From: Planctomycetota bacterium
GTDB lineage: Bacteria > Planctomycetota > Planctomycetia > Pirellulales > Lacipirellulaceae
Direction: 5' to 3'
Assembly (NCBI GenBank): GCA_039190745.1
Contig: JBCCXZ010000001.1
Location: 64,001 to 128,000, forward strand
Length of the DNA: 64,000 nucleotides
Position 1 is the first letter of the stretch. Each line of letters starts with the position of its first letter. Shown in pieces: positions 1 through 10,533 of the stretch. The notes beneath the pieces are model-generated. The model had not been told where the DNA came from. It worked only from the letters and a program-made list of their open reading frames with translations, and ran no database searches. The translations under genes were made by a program, and so were the position numbers.

Positions 1-48
1 CCGCCAACGCGAACCTCTCCGCTGAACCAAGACGCTGCCGCCAGGACA

Positions 49-1188
49 ATGACCGAAGACAAGAATCAGCCTGGCATCACCTTCGCCGGGGCTTTGCCGC
101 CCCCGGTGACCGGCAAGACCGTATTCTCTGCCGCAGTGGTCGATGCATTGGCAGAACGCCTACCCGTCCAGCGGCTAACGTGGTCGCGTGAAAAGGCCTT
201 CTCCTCGCTGCGCTGGCGGCTGACTCGGACGCGGGGGGTGTTGTCTGCGATGCTTACTCTGCTGCTCGGCGGCCGACGTTCGGGCAGACTGCTGATGCAG
301 CCCGTGAACTCGGGTTGGGGGCTCCTCTTTAACTTGGCTCTCGCCGCCGTGGGTAAACTGCTGGGCTATCGATTGGTCTTGCACCACCACGGCTACAAGT
401 ACATCGACCGACGCGATTGGCGTACCGCACTGCTCGAACGGCTTGTCGGCCCCCGGGACATCCACATCATGGCGTGCGACCGCATGATGGAGGAGTACAC
501 GGCGTTGTACGCAACGGCAGCGCCGATGCAGAGGCTGCCGCCAACCCTGGTGACCATGGAGGAAGGCTCGCATCAGGCGCCTGCGGCCGAGAGCGGCGGC
601 TTGGCCGCGATTTGCCCGCCGCCCAACGAGTTCACCGTGGGGTTCTTGAGCAACCTGACGCTCGAGAAGGGGATTGCAGAGGTCCTGGAAACGTTCGGCC
701 GGGTTGCCAAGAAACTCGACCACGTCAGGATGGTTGTCGCTGGGCCTTGCCGGGGCGAGTTAGAGCAAGCCCTGCTCGACCGCGTCTTGGAAGACTATCC
801 GGAACAAGTAGAGTACATTGGGCCGGTCTACGGAGAGGACAAAGCCGAATTCTTCCAGAGAATCAGCGTGTTCCTCTTCCCCACCAAGAGCGAGTCGTGG
901 GGGATCGTGCTCAACGAGTCGATGGGGGCCGGCAGGCCGGTGATCGCCTCAGCGAGGGGCTGTATCTGCTCGATGGTTGTGGGCGACGTTGGCGTAGTCG
1001 TTGCTCCGGAAGCCGATTTCGCCGAAGCCGCCGCGGAACAGATCGAGCGTTGGGTGGCAGACCCCTCGACACACGAGTCGGCTTGCCGGGCCGCGTCCGC
1101 CCGCGCGCGGGACCTTGAGGCGGATGCCATCGAGTGCTTGGAGTCGTTTCTAGATACTATGGAACAAGAGGCGGCCCAAAGGCCGTAA
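49..1188 (+). CDS. Glycosyltransferase family 4 (GT-B fold)
   Basis: C-terminal GT4 signature (FLSNLTLEKG, ESWGIVLNESMGAGRPVI); polysaccharide-cluster context. Confidence 0.85.
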   Translation: MTEDKNQPGITFAGALPPPVTGKTVFSAAVVDALAERLPVQRLTWSREKAFSSLRWRLTRTRGVLSAMLTLLLGGRRSGRLLMQPVNSGWGLLFNLALAAVGKLLGYRLVLHHHGYKYIDRRDWRTALLERLVGPRDIHIMACDRMMEEYTALYATAAPMQRLPPTLVTMEEGSHQAPAAESGGLAAICPPPNEFTVGFLSNLTLEKGIAEVLETFGRVAKKLDHVRMVVAGPCRGELEQALLDRVLEDYPEQVEYIGPVYGEDKAEFFQRISVFLFPTKSESWGIVLNESMGAGRPVIASARGCICSMVVGDVGVVVAPEADFAEAAAEQIERWVADPSTHESACRAASARARDLEADAIECLESFLDTMEQEAAQRP

Positions 1189-1233
1189 CGAGTCCGCTCG
1201 TGCGGACGTATCTCGAAAACAATACGAATCAAG

Positions 1234-2112
1234 ATGCTCACCGCAGGACTGCACCACAAGAACGGCTTCATTAGAAAGGGGAGCGCATTTGCGCTCCAGT
1301 TCCCCAAGGCGGTTGCGAGGTTCGCTGTCGACGCCAAGGCGTTGCAGCAGAGGCCCCCCGTTCTGGCTAACTCGTTCCCCAAGAGCGGCACGCACTTGCT
1401 CGACCAGATTGTCGACGGACTGCCGGGGATCAGAAACTACGGCGCCTTCCTCTCCTCGATGACAAGTTCGTTCCGCTTCACCGAGCGGAGCGACGCAGAG
1501 GTGCACGCCTTTATCGAAAGGTTTGTGCCCTCGGAGATGATCCGCGGCCACTTGTTTTACGGCCCGGAGGCCGCGGAGTGGCTCAGCAAACGCCACACCG
1601 TTCACTACTTTATCTACCGAGACCCGCGAGACGTGGTCCTCTCAGAAACGCACTACCTACGGTCTCTCAACCGGTGGCACAAGATGCACCCGTACTTCCG
1701 AGACGCTCCCTCGATGGACGCGGCGATCAGTCTATCGATCCTCGGGCTGCAAGGCAGTGTGACCGGGCTGAACTACCAGAATGCCAACGACCGCTTCCAA
1801 CGTTACGCGGGTTGGATCGACCGCAACGATGTTTGTGCGCTGAAGTTCGAAGACTTGACTTCGGAGAGACGGGAGCAGGAGGTCCGACGCATGCTCGACT
1901 TCTACAACGAACGGGCGGGCGACCCAGTAGAGATCCAGAGCGTACTGCCGAGAATGCTAGATGGGATGCGGCCGGAGAAATCTCACACGTACCGCAAAGG
2001 CAAATCAGGTGGCTGGCGTGAGAAATTCTCCGAGGAGCACAAGGTGCAGTTCAAAGAGGTAGCAGGCCAGACGTTAATCGACCTCGGGTATGAGAGCGAC
2101 CTTGAGTGGTGA
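1234..2112 (+). CDS. PAPS-dependent sulfotransferase domain protein
   Basis: 5'-PSB loop NSFPKSGTHLL, 3'-PB motif YRDPRDVVLS, C-terminal RKGKSGGW. Confidence 0.88.
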   Translation: MLTAGLHHKNGFIRKGSAFALQFPKAVARFAVDAKALQQRPPVLANSFPKSGTHLLDQIVDGLPGIRNYGAFLSSMTSSFRFTERSDAEVHAFIERFVPSEMIRGHLFYGPEAAEWLSKRHTVHYFIYRDPRDVVLSETHYLRSLNRWHKMHPYFRDAPSMDAAISLSILGLQGSVTGLNYQNANDRFQRYAGWIDRNDVCALKFEDLTSERREQEVRRMLDFYNERAGDPVEIQSVLPRMLDGMRPEKSHTYRKGKSGGWREKFSEEHKVQFKEVAGQTLIDLGYESDLEW

Positions 2113-2381
2113 TCTGGCTCGTTTTCCCCGCCGGCGTCGAGCAGCTCTTGCGGGGCTGCCGCGATCCTAGTTGGGGGCCTCCAGCCCAGCTGCCGAGATA
2201 GAGCATCCAGGCTGAACGATCCCACGAACAGACTAGGCACTAGACCAAGGCCGCCGAGCAAGCGATGATTCTTCCGCCAAGAGTGTCGGGCTCTTGGCAG
2301 AACATGTTGGCCTGCCCACCCAGCGTCCGCGGGGTCACCGCGACCTTCGTTTGAGTACCCCGCCAGCGCCGGAGCGGCCGA

Positions 2382-3809
2382 ATGCTGTTCAACAGCCTCC
2401 CCTTCCTGGTCTTCCTGCCGGTCTTCTGTGCACTCTATTTCGGCACTAGCGGCCGACTGCGGTTGCTGGTCTGCCTGGCGGGGAGCTACTTCTTCTACGG
2501 TTGCTGGGACCCGCGATTCCTCTCGCTGATCGTCCTGTCGACGGTCGTCGACTACTCGATCGGAATCGCGCTGCAGTCGACCGAAGCCGAGTCTCGTCGC
2601 AAGGCCCTGCTAATGCTCAGCCTGACGGTCAACCTCGGGCTGCTGGCAATCTTTAAGTACTTCGGCTTCTTCGTCGAATCGTTCGTTGCCATGGCGTCCG
2701 CAGTCGGTTGGCAAGTGTCGGGCCCTACCGTCGAGATACTCCTTCCCGTAGGGATCTCGTTCTACACGTTCCAGACGCTTAGCTACTCGATCGATGTTTA
2801 CCACCGAAAGATCCCAGTTGAGCGCGACGGGCTCGTGTTCGCGACGTTCGTGGCGTTCTTCCCCCAACTCGTTGCGGGGCCGATTGTCCGTGCGAGCACG
2901 CTCCTGCCGCAGCTGCATATCGATCAGCCCTTCCGGTGGAGCGCACTCGTTAGCGGCGGTCAGCTCATGATCCTTGGGCTGTTCAAGAAGATCGTGATCG
3001 CCGACGCCGCGGCCCCAATCGTCGACGTGATCTTTGCCAACCCCGAGAACCACACCTCGCTGACGCTGCTCGTGGGCGTCTACCTCTACGCCTTTCAGAT
3101 CTACTGCGACTTCTCCGGGTACTCAGACGTGGCGATCGGGGTTGGGCGGATCCTCGGGTTCGACTTCGGCTTGAACTTCCGCAGGCCGTACTTCGCGATC
3201 AGCTTCAGCGACTTCTGGACGCGGTGGCACGTTTCGCTCTCCAGCTGGCTGCGCGACTATCTTTACATCCCTCTGGGAGGCAACCGTCACGGCACGTTCA
3301 ACACCTACCGGAACCTCACACTGACGATGTTGCTCGGCGGCTTGTGGCACGGGGCCGCTTGGACGTTCGTAGTCTGGGGGTCGCTGCACGGCGTCTACCT
3401 TGTCATCCAGCGTCTTTTCGGTGCTGGTTTGAACGAAGCGGCTCGTCGGCTCCGGGTCCCGGCATTGATCCAACGGGTCGTCATGATGCTCCTGGTCTTC
3501 CATCTCGTGTGCTTCGCATGGGTTTTTTTCCGGGCACAGAGCTTCGAGCAGGCGTCGGCCTATCTCTCCGGCATAGCGGCCGTGGATTCGTTCAATCCGA
3601 TGCTGCTGCCGTCGCTGCCCATGACGGCCCGTTTGGTTCTGTTGATCCTGGCCATGATTGTCGTCGAAGCGTTGCACGAGCGGTTCGACCTGGGCGAGCG
3701 GATCAGCCGTTTCCCCGCAGTCCAAATGCTTTGCTACGCATCGCTGATCTGGGGAATCGCCCTGCTCGGCAACTTTACCGGGCAGAATTTCATCTACTTC
3801 CAGTTCTGA
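2382..3809 (+). CDS. MBOAT family O-acyltransferase (AlgI/PatA/DltB type)
   Basis: LPVGISFYTFQ, DFSGYSD, FWTRWHVSLSSWLRDYLYIPLGG, GLWHGA, C-terminal FIYFQF; many TM segments. Confidence 0.93.
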   Translation: MLFNSLPFLVFLPVFCALYFGTSGRLRLLVCLAGSYFFYGCWDPRFLSLIVLSTVVDYSIGIALQSTEAESRRKALLMLSLTVNLGLLAIFKYFGFFVESFVAMASAVGWQVSGPTVEILLPVGISFYTFQTLSYSIDVYHRKIPVERDGLVFATFVAFFPQLVAGPIVRASTLLPQLHIDQPFRWSALVSGGQLMILGLFKKIVIADAAAPIVDVIFANPENHTSLTLLVGVYLYAFQIYCDFSGYSDVAIGVGRILGFDFGLNFRRPYFAISFSDFWTRWHVSLSSWLRDYLYIPLGGNRHGTFNTYRNLTLTMLLGGLWHGAAWTFVVWGSLHGVYLVIQRLFGAGLNEAARRLRVPALIQRVVMMLLVFHLVCFAWVFFRAQSFEQASAYLSGIAAVDSFNPMLLPSLPMTARLVLLILAMIVVEALHERFDLGERISRFPAVQMLCYASLIWGIALLGNFTGQNFIYFQF

Positions 3810-3831
3810 GCAGGCATAAACCCTCAAAACC

Positions 3832-4740
3832 ATGAACCCTCAAACAACGAAGCGCCTGATCGCGGTGGCGGTGTTTGTGCTGTTGCTGTTCGTCGGCGAC
3901 CGCGGGCTCTCGGCTTTGCTCTCTCGCGCTGAGATTGCTTCGGGGTTCCGCTACTCCCGCATGTACCGAGGCGGCAACGATTTCGATGTCTTGATCCTGG
4001 GCAACAGCCGCTCGATCCACTCGATGCACGCCCCGACGATCAGCGAGAAGACTGGCAAGCGGGCGTTCCACCTCGGGTTTAACGGCCTGCCGATGGTGAT
4101 GAGCGGGGTCTGGCTCGCCGACTACCTCGAGCATAACGACCCGCCCGAGACCGTGCTCCTTGAAGTGAGCAGCCTCGGCACCGAGTCGGTCGACGCGGTG
4201 CGTAAGTTCAGCTTTTACCAGGCCAGCTCGAGTCTGCTCGCCCCGTTGCTGAAGGAGTCTTCTGCTGAGGACTACTGGGCGACGAGGGTCTCGCACTTGT
4301 ATCGGCACAACGGTGATGCTGTGGTGCGGTGCTTGTACTTTCTTGGCAGGAGCGACCAAGCCCGCGCGTTCCCGTCGTCGCAAGTGGGTAGTGAAGCGAT
4401 GCTTCGTTCGCCGCTGGGTGCGGACTACTCGGGTTTCGTTATCCGTGAAGGTGACAACCTGCCGGCGCTCAAGCGGGTGGTTCAACTCTGTCGGGAGAAC
4501 GGCATCGAGCTTCGGTTGATGCTGGCTCCACTCAGCCCGCAAGCGATCGACACCCCGGAGGTGCGGGATGCGTTCTTGGAGCGGGTTGCTGACGAGACGG
4601 GGCAGCCGGTACTGGACTTCTCAGAGGCGGTTACCGACCTCTCGGCGTTCCGGGACCGGGTCCATATGAACAAGAAGGGTCTCGAGCTGTTCGCTGACGT
4701 ACTGATCAGCCGCGGCATTCTGCCTGCGTCGGGCTCGTGA
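3832..4740 (+). CDS. Membrane-anchored SGNH-like (DltD/AlgJ-type) partner of the MBOAT
   Basis: N-terminal TM, ILGNSR block-I motif, DRVH (DxxH) near C-terminus; directly downstream of the MBOAT gene. Confidence 0.7.
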   Translation: MNPQTTKRLIAVAVFVLLLFVGDRGLSALLSRAEIASGFRYSRMYRGGNDFDVLILGNSRSIHSMHAPTISEKTGKRAFHLGFNGLPMVMSGVWLADYLEHNDPPETVLLEVSSLGTESVDAVRKFSFYQASSSLLAPLLKESSAEDYWATRVSHLYRHNGDAVVRCLYFLGRSDQARAFPSSQVGSEAMLRSPLGADYSGFVIREGDNLPALKRVVQLCRENGIELRLMLAPLSPQAIDTPEVRDAFLERVADETGQPVLDFSEAVTDLSAFRDRVHMNKKGLELFADVLISRGILPASGS

Positions 4741-4742
4741 CG

Positions 4743-5240
4743 CTACACGCTTAGCGGCTCGGGCCGGGCGGCGAAGATTTCGGCCATCACCCGCTGGCGG
4801 TACTCGAAGATATTCTTCACGTCCTTCTCGACGAGCAACGCGTTGATGATCGCCCCTCCCGGAACGCCGTAGTGCACGTTGTCGATCACCCGGGTTCCAT
4901 CGTCGACTTCTTCGAACAGGTGCTCGTGGTGCCACCAGCTGTAGGGGCCTTTGAGCTGCTCGTCGACGAAGCGGCGGTTGGGCTCCCATGCGGAGATGAG
5001 CGAACGCCAGCGGATAGGTATGCCACGCAGCTTGAGCTTGTAGTCGAGCGTGAGCCCCTCGCGCATCTCGATCGGCTTGGGGGTGAGAACGCTGAAGTGG
5101 AGAATCGGCGGGGTGATCCGCTCAAGCTCGTATGCGTCAGCGAAGAACGGGAAGACCTCGTCGATCGGACGGGGAACGACGAAGTCAGCCTTCAGCAGCC
5201 AGCCTTTGCGGGTGGTCGCTCGTTCTACGGTTACGCTCAT
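4743..5240 (-). CDS. SRPBCC (START-like) family protein
   Basis: VFPFFAD..LERITPP, FVDEQLKGPYSWWHHEHLF, IFEYR motifs. Confidence 0.85.
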   Translation of the reverse strand: MSVTVERATTRKGWLLKADFVVPRPIDEVFPFFADAYELERITPPILHFSVLTPKPIEMREGLTLDYKLKLRGIPIRWRSLISAWEPNRRFVDEQLKGPYSWWHHEHLFEEVDDGTRVIDNVHYGVPGGAIINALLVEKDVKNIFEYRQRVMAEIFAARPEPLSV

Positions 5241-5276
5241 CTTAGGCTCCGGGTTACGGTTCGGAGCAGGAACCGT

Positions 5277-5307
5277 CCCGGGCCGCCGGGGTTAACGGCG
5301 GCCCGGG
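5277..5307. repeat. Perfect GC-rich hairpin (REP-like or terminator) downstream of the HMA gene
   Basis: CCCGGGCCGCCG-GGGTTAA-CGGCGGCCCGGG, 12-bp stem. Confidence 0.6.
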
Positions 5308-5337
5308 TTTGAGGCTGTGAAATCAGAGGTATGCGGG

Positions 5338-5778
5338 TTAAGCGGCCTGTTTGGCGGGCTCGGCTTTGACCGGCGCCTTGGTCTCGGTGTCGGGGACGTA
5401 GACGCCGGCGGGGCCGACGAGCCTCAGCGGCTGGAAGCCCGCGTCCTGCGAGGCCTTCCACAGCTTCTCGATGTCCAGCTGCTTGCTCTTCTGCGGCGTC
5501 ACGATGGCGTAGTCTTTCTTCACGTGGGTGCGGACCTTGGCGACGCTCTTCACTGCGTAGAGCTTGCCGGAGATCTTCTTCGCGCAGGTCTTGCAGTGGA
5601 GGTCGTCGACGAAGAGGACCGTCTCGGTCTTGGCCATCTTGAGGCCCTTCTCGGGCGTCTTGTTCACCAAGGAGGTCAGTTCGGATGCTTCCTTGTCGGA
5701 GCCGTGCTTGTCTTCCGCGTTGGCGGGAGTCAGCAGGAGGGCGGAGAGGAGGAAGGCCGTGGGGATGATTCTAAGCAT
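5338..5778 (-). CDS. Secreted heavy-metal-associated (HMA) domain protein
   Basis: Signal peptide; DLHCKTCAKKI metal-binding loop. Confidence 0.75.
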   Translation of the reverse strand: MLRIIPTAFLLSALLLTPANAEDKHGSDKEASELTSLVNKTPEKGLKMAKTETVLFVDDLHCKTCAKKISGKLYAVKSVAKVRTHVKKDYAIVTPQKSKQLDIEKLWKASQDAGFQPLRLVGPAGVYVPDTETKAPVKAEPAKQAA

Positions 5779-5846
5779 GGGGGGGACTCCTGTTCCCGGT
5801 TGGGTTGTGGTTTGCTTGAGTGGGTGTGTGTGGTTTAGCTGATTAG

Positions 5847-6515
5847 TTAGCGGCGGATGTAGATGCCATCGGCTTCGACGACGAGCATGCCGGTTTCGGC
5901 GTCGCCGGTGAAGCTGGCCTCACCCCGGACGACAACGGTGTCGAGCGGCTTGAGGTCGAGCAGGTCGGTCGCTTCGATGGTGATTGGTTTGCCGTCTTGC
6001 TTGAACCGGATCATGGCGAGCATGGCGGAGTTGTCGCCGGCGTGGGCGGCGCAGAAGGGGCATTCCTCGCCGGGGGCGTGGACGTGGCCGGAGGCTTCGT
6101 TCTCGGCGACTGCGCCGGCGTCGGCGAGGAAGAAGGCGGCCTCGCCGGGGACGAAGGGGTATTCGGGGCGGGTTTCTTGCCAAGGGTTGGTCAGCCCGCC
6201 GACGCGGCCGACGATGACGACCGGGCCCTCGGGCGTCGTGGGTGAGGCTGGTTCGTCTGCGGAGGGTTGTTCGGTGGATTCGGAGGTCTCGGTGACTTCG
6301 ACGGCGCCGGCCTCGGGCTCACTGGAAGTACCGGTGAAGGCTTCGCGGAGCTCGATGACGGTGAGGATTCCGTCGGGTTCGTCGTCCATCATCAGCCGCT
6401 GGCGGTGCTGGGCGACGACTTCGGGGTCGGGGCCCTTTTGGCATCCGGCGGCCGCGGCGAGCAGCATTGCGAGGGCCGCGATGCAAGTGGCTGTTGTCGT
6501 TGGGTTTCGGGACAC
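5847..6515 (-). CDS. Hypothetical lipoprotein with His/Cys cluster and OB-fold-like C-terminus
   Basis: GTG at 6515 preceded by GGAG; lipobox AAAGC; HVHAPGEECPFC motif. The ORF-track start at 6731 is probably too long. Confidence 0.6.
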   Translation of the reverse strand: MSRNPTTTATCIAALAMLLAAAAGCQKGPDPEVVAQHRQRLMMDDEPDGILTVIELREAFTGTSSEPEAGAVEVTETSESTEQPSADEPASPTTPEGPVVIVGRVGGLTNPWQETRPEYPFVPGEAAFFLADAGAVAENEASGHVHAPGEECPFCAAHAGDNSAMLAMIRFKQDGKPITIEATDLLDLKPLDTVVVRGEASFTGDAETGMLVVEADGIYIRR

Positions 6516-6917
6516 GTCTTGCGCTCCGCTACCTGGTGGAATGAATGGTTTTGGCGGGGTCGCGGAGCCTAGCAGCTCGCGCAAATTTTCGGTATGTCGT
6601 TGTACGAACGTGGTTTGAGGTCGGTTCGGTTTAGGCCCCTCAGGGCGAACTCGAGGCGATACGCCAGGAGTGAGTGGGGGCGAGAGGTGGAGGTGGGAGA
6701 AAGGGCTTGTTTTGTAGGGGGTGGCGATCACTGGGTGGCGGGCCCGGGCGGCGGGGTTGTGTCCTGGATCGGGTGGTTGTGGAGACGGAAGCGGTTGCTA
6801 GCTGCGGGTGGATGAGGGATGCACAGCGGCCAGCCTTGTGTGTACCAAATGGGGTGGCCAATCGCAGTAGGCAAAACGGGCGAAGGGCTGCAACGGTAGA
6901 AGCGGTTTGCTTGGCTT

Positions 6918-6942
6918 CCAGACGGGCGTAGCCCGGCGGCTA
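6918..6942. repeat. Dispersed hairpin repeat, family A
   Basis: CCAGACGGGCGTAGCCCGGCGGCTA, 24 of 25 nt identical to 11706-11730. Confidence 0.7.
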
Positions 6943-7000
6943 GTTGCCGGGTACTAGGCTTGGCGTCGACCGCCTATTCATGCCGGGGGCAGCGGCTAAG

Positions 7001-8254
7001 ATGGCAGCCCTCCGACCCGGACTGAGCAAACCCTCCGCAACAGACCCACAGGATCGAGCCCCTGCTTTGCGAATCTTGTTGCACGATTTCGGCGCGTACC
7101 CCTTCATCCTGCAGCTTGCGCACGAGTTGGCCCGGCGCGGGCACGAGGTGACGTTCGCCTACTCCGAGGACAAGGTGGGCCCCAATTCTCGGTTCGACCA
7201 AGGCGATCGATCGGCCGAACGGCTGGATATCCACGGGGTGCGGGTGCCGCCGAGCCGGAATAAGCAGACGCTGCCTTGGCGGTTTTTCTTCGAGTCGGCC
7301 TACGCCAAGCAGCTCGCCGGCCTGGTGCGGTCGCTCGAGCCGGAAGTGGTGATCTCGGCGAACTGCCCATCGCTGGTCTCGGGGGCCCTGGCGAAGCTGC
7401 GCCGCAAGGGGGGCTTCCGCTTCATCGATTGGCGACAGGACCTTTACGGCTTGGCCGCGAAGCTGATCCTTGCCGAGAAGCTCGGCCCGTTGGGCTCGGC
7501 GGTCGGCAACTACCTGATGCGCCTGGACCGCGACGCGTTCCGGGCGGCGGACCACGTGGTCGCCATCTCCGACGATTTTATCCCGATGTTGATCGAAGCG
7601 GGGGTCGACCGGGGCGACATCACGGTGGTGCACAACTGGGCCCCGTTGGAGGAGTGCGACGTGCAGCCTCGCGACAACGACTGGTCGCGGGGGCGGCAGT
7701 TGTCTGAGGGGCCGCGTTTCGTTTACTCAGGGACGCTGGCGATGAAGCACAACCCGGCCATCCTGCTGGGGTTGGCGGAGTGGCTGGACCGGCAGGGGAA
7801 CGGTCAGCTGGTGGTGGTGTCTGAGGGGAGCGGCTCGGACTGGCTGCGGCAGCAGGCGGAGGAGCGGGGCGTGCGGAGCCTGAAGCTGCTGGGGTTCCAG
7901 CCCTACGAAGAGCTGCCCCTGGTGCTGGGGAGCGCGGACGTGCTGGTGGTGATCCTCGAGCCGGACGCGAGCGTGTTCTCGGTGCCCTCGAAGGTGTTGA
8001 GTTACATGTGCGCGGGTCGGCCGATCTTGGGGGCCGTCAACCGGGAGAATCTGGCGGCCAAGACCGTGCTGGGTTCGGACGCCGGTCGGGTGGTTTCTCC
8101 GGAAGATGAGGAGGGTTTTGTGGCCGCGGCGGGGGAGTTGTTGGAGTCGGAGGGCCTCCGCGAGCGGTTGGGGGCCAACGGCAGGCGTTTTGCCGAGTCC
8201 CACTTCGACCTTGGTAGAATCGCGGACCAGTTTGAGGCTATAATGGGGGGCTAA
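7001..8254 (+). CDS. Glycosyltransferase family 4 (WcaI-like)
   Basis: YSGTLAMKH, SVPSKVLSYMCAGRPIL; upstream of gmd-fcl; start uncertain (6980, 7001 or later). Confidence 0.85.
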   Translation: MAALRPGLSKPSATDPQDRAPALRILLHDFGAYPFILQLAHELARRGHEVTFAYSEDKVGPNSRFDQGDRSAERLDIHGVRVPPSRNKQTLPWRFFFESAYAKQLAGLVRSLEPEVVISANCPSLVSGALAKLRRKGGFRFIDWRQDLYGLAAKLILAEKLGPLGSAVGNYLMRLDRDAFRAADHVVAISDDFIPMLIEAGVDRGDITVVHNWAPLEECDVQPRDNDWSRGRQLSEGPRFVYSGTLAMKHNPAILLGLAEWLDRQGNGQLVVVSEGSGSDWLRQQAEERGVRSLKLLGFQPYEELPLVLGSADVLVVILEPDASVFSVPSKVLSYMCAGRPILGAVNRENLAAKTVLGSDAGRVVSPEDEEGFVAAAGELLESEGLRERLGANGRRFAESHFDLGRIADQFEAIMGG

Positions 8255-8408
8255 CCTGAAAACGGCCTCCCCGGCCACTGCGTCGACCCCGACGGGTCCC
8301 TAGGGGCGAAATCGCCTCGGGGTGTTCGTCTGGCAGCGGGCCTCTCGGACACGTCGGTCCTGCCCCGAAGCGATCCTTCAGCACCACCGCCTGATCCCAA
8401 CAAACCCT

Positions 8409-9491
8409 ATGTCGAACAACCCCACGCGTCGCCGGGCCCTCATCACCGGAATCACAGGCCAAGACGGCTCCTACTTGGCGGAACTGCTGCTCAAGAAGGA
8501 CTACGAGGTCTGGGGCGTGATCCGCCGCTCGTCCAGTTTCAATACGGGGCGGATCGATCACGTTTACCAAGACCCGCACGAAGACAATGTCAGGCTGCAC
8601 CTGCGATATGGCGACCTGACGGACGCGTCCTCGATCAACTCGATCCTCAAGGCGGTCCGACCGGACGAGATTTACAACCTCGGCGCGCAGTCGCACGTGA
8701 AGGTTTCTTTCGACGTGCCGGAGTACACGGCGGAGGTGACCGGCCTGGGCGCCTTGCGGATGCTCGAAGCGATGCGGGACCTCGGGCTGGAGAATTCGCG
8801 GTTCTATCAGGCCTCTTCTTCGGAGCTGTACGGCAAGGTGGTCGAGACGCCACAGACCGAGGAGACGCCGTTCTACCCCCGGAGCCCGTACGCGGTTGCG
8901 AAGGCGTACGCCTTCCACATCACGCGCAACTACCGCGAGTCGTACGGCGTGTTCGCGGTCAACGGGATTCTGTTCAATCACGAGTCGCCGCGTCGGGGTG
9001 CCACATTCGTCACGCGCAAGATTACGCGGGCCGTGGCCGCCATCGCCGCGGGTAAGCAGGACTGCCTCCACTTGGGCAACCTCGACGCGAAACGCGACTG
9101 GGGTTTTGCGGGCGAGTACGTCGAGGCGATGTGGATGATGCTGCAGGTGGACGAGCCGCAGGACTACGTGGTTGCCACAGGGGAGACGCACACGGTTCGC
9201 GAATTTTGCGAGCTGGCGTTCGCCCGGGTGGGGATGCCGATCGAGTGGAAGGGCGAGGGCCTGGAGGAGACGGGCGTGGGCCCCGACGGGCGGACGCTGA
9301 TCCGGATCGACCCCCGCTACTTCCGGCCCGCCGAGGTCGACCTGCTGCTGGGCGACGCGAGCAAGGCGAAGCGGCTGCTCGGGTGGGAGCCGAAGGTTTC
9401 GTTCCGCGGTTTGGTGGAGCTGATGGTCGACGCCGATGTCGCCGCTCTGCAGGGGGCTCCCGACGGGGGCCTGCTGCCGGCGATGGCCTGA
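8409..9491 (+). CDS. gmd: GDP-mannose 4,6-dehydratase
   Basis: [49 protein letters not shown]. Confidence 0.97.
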   Translation: MSNNPTRRRALITGITGQDGSYLAELLLKKDYEVWGVIRRSSSFNTGRIDHVYQDPHEDNVRLHLRYGDLTDASSINSILKAVRPDEIYNLGAQSHVKVSFDVPEYTAEVTGLGALRMLEAMRDLGLENSRFYQASSSELYGKVVETPQTEETPFYPRSPYAVAKAYAFHITRNYRESYGVFAVNGILFNHESPRRGATFVTRKITRAVAAIAAGKQDCLHLGNLDAKRDWGFAGEYVEAMWMMLQVDEPQDYVVATGETHTVREFCELAFARVGMPIEWKGEGLEETGVGPDGRTLIRIDPRYFRPAEVDLLLGDASKAKRLLGWEPKVSFRGLVELMVDADVAALQGAPDGGLLPAMA

Positions 9492-9502
9492 GGGGGAGAG
9501 CG

Positions 9503-10468
9503 ATGAGCACAAGCCGCGCCGGAGAATCGGCAGGGGCTACCCTGGTGACCGGCCATCGGGGCATGGTCGGGTCGGGGCTGACGCGGCGTGCGGAGGCCGC
9601 GGGCGACGCGGTCCTCACGGCCACGCGGCAAGAGCTAGACCTCCGCGACCTCGAAGCGGTGGACCGGTGGTTCGGCGAGCACAAGCCGGCCCGGGTGATC
9701 CACGCGGCGGGGACGGTTGGCGGCATCCACGCGAACAATTCTCGGCCGGCCGACTTCCTGCACGACAACGCCCTGCTCTACCTGACGGTGTTGCGGGCGG
9801 CCTGGCGGCACGGCGTGGAGAAGCTTCTGTACCTCGGCAGCTCGTGCATCTACCCGAGGGACTGCCCGCAGCCGATCAAAGAAGAGTACCTGCTGACCGG
9901 CCCGCTGGAGCCGACCAACGACGCCTACGCGATCGCCAAGATCGGGGGCCTGGTGGCCTGCCGCTCGTACCGCCGCCAGCACGGCTGCCGGTTCGTTTCG
10001 GCCATGCCGACCAACCTCTACGGGCCGAACGACAACTTCAGCCTGGAAGGGTCGCACGTCTTGCCCGCGTTGATCCGCAAGTTTCACGACGCGAAGGTGG
10101 AAGACGCCCGCAAGGTGACCGTCTGGGGCTCTGGCAAGCCGCGGCGTGAGTTCTTGCACGTGGACGACCTGAGCGAGGCGTGCTGGGTGCTGCTGGAGCG
10201 TTACGACGACCCGATGACGATCAACGTGGGGACGGGCGAGGACGTTTCGATCGCGGAGCTGGCGGACACGGTCCGGTCGATTGTGTACCCGGAGGCGGAG
10301 ATCGTTTACGACGCCTCGAAGCCGGACGGGACGCCCCGCAAGCTGCTGGACGTGAGCCGGATCAACGACCTGGGGTGGAAGGCGAAGATCTCGCTGCCCG
10401 AGGGCATCCGCCAGACCTACGACTGGTTCCTGGAGCACCACGGCGAACTGGCGGCGGGGCGGGTGTAG
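9503..10468 (+). CDS. fcl: GDP-L-fucose synthase
   Basis: [48 protein letters not shown]; follows gmd with an RBS. Confidence 0.96.
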   Translation: MSTSRAGESAGATLVTGHRGMVGSGLTRRAEAAGDAVLTATRQELDLRDLEAVDRWFGEHKPARVIHAAGTVGGIHANNSRPADFLHDNALLYLTVLRAAWRHGVEKLLYLGSSCIYPRDCPQPIKEEYLLTGPLEPTNDAYAIAKIGGLVACRSYRRQHGCRFVSAMPTNLYGPNDNFSLEGSHVLPALIRKFHDAKVEDARKVTVWGSGKPRREFLHVDDLSEACWVLLERYDDPMTINVGTGEDVSIAELADTVRSIVYPEAEIVYDASKPDGTPRKLLDVSRINDLGWKAKISLPEGIRQTYDWFLEHHGELAAGRV

Positions 10469-10510
10469 CGGGGCAGCGGCTTCTTTTTCCCACGTGTTTC
10501 TTGCGGCCTC

Positions 10511-10533
10511 AGCCGCGTGTCGCCCGGCGGCTA
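10511..10533. repeat. Hairpin repeat family A (degenerate), overlapping the PEP-CTERM stop codon
   Basis: AGCCGCGTGTCGCCCGGCGGCTA shares the GCCCGGCGGCTA 3' half. Confidence 0.55.

Noticed and set aside
6640..6861. Metal-sensing leader peptide with a RAPP/RGPP arrest motif upstream of the HMA pair
   Set aside because: Only RPGPP in a weak TTG ORF without CxxC; other frames lack the motif
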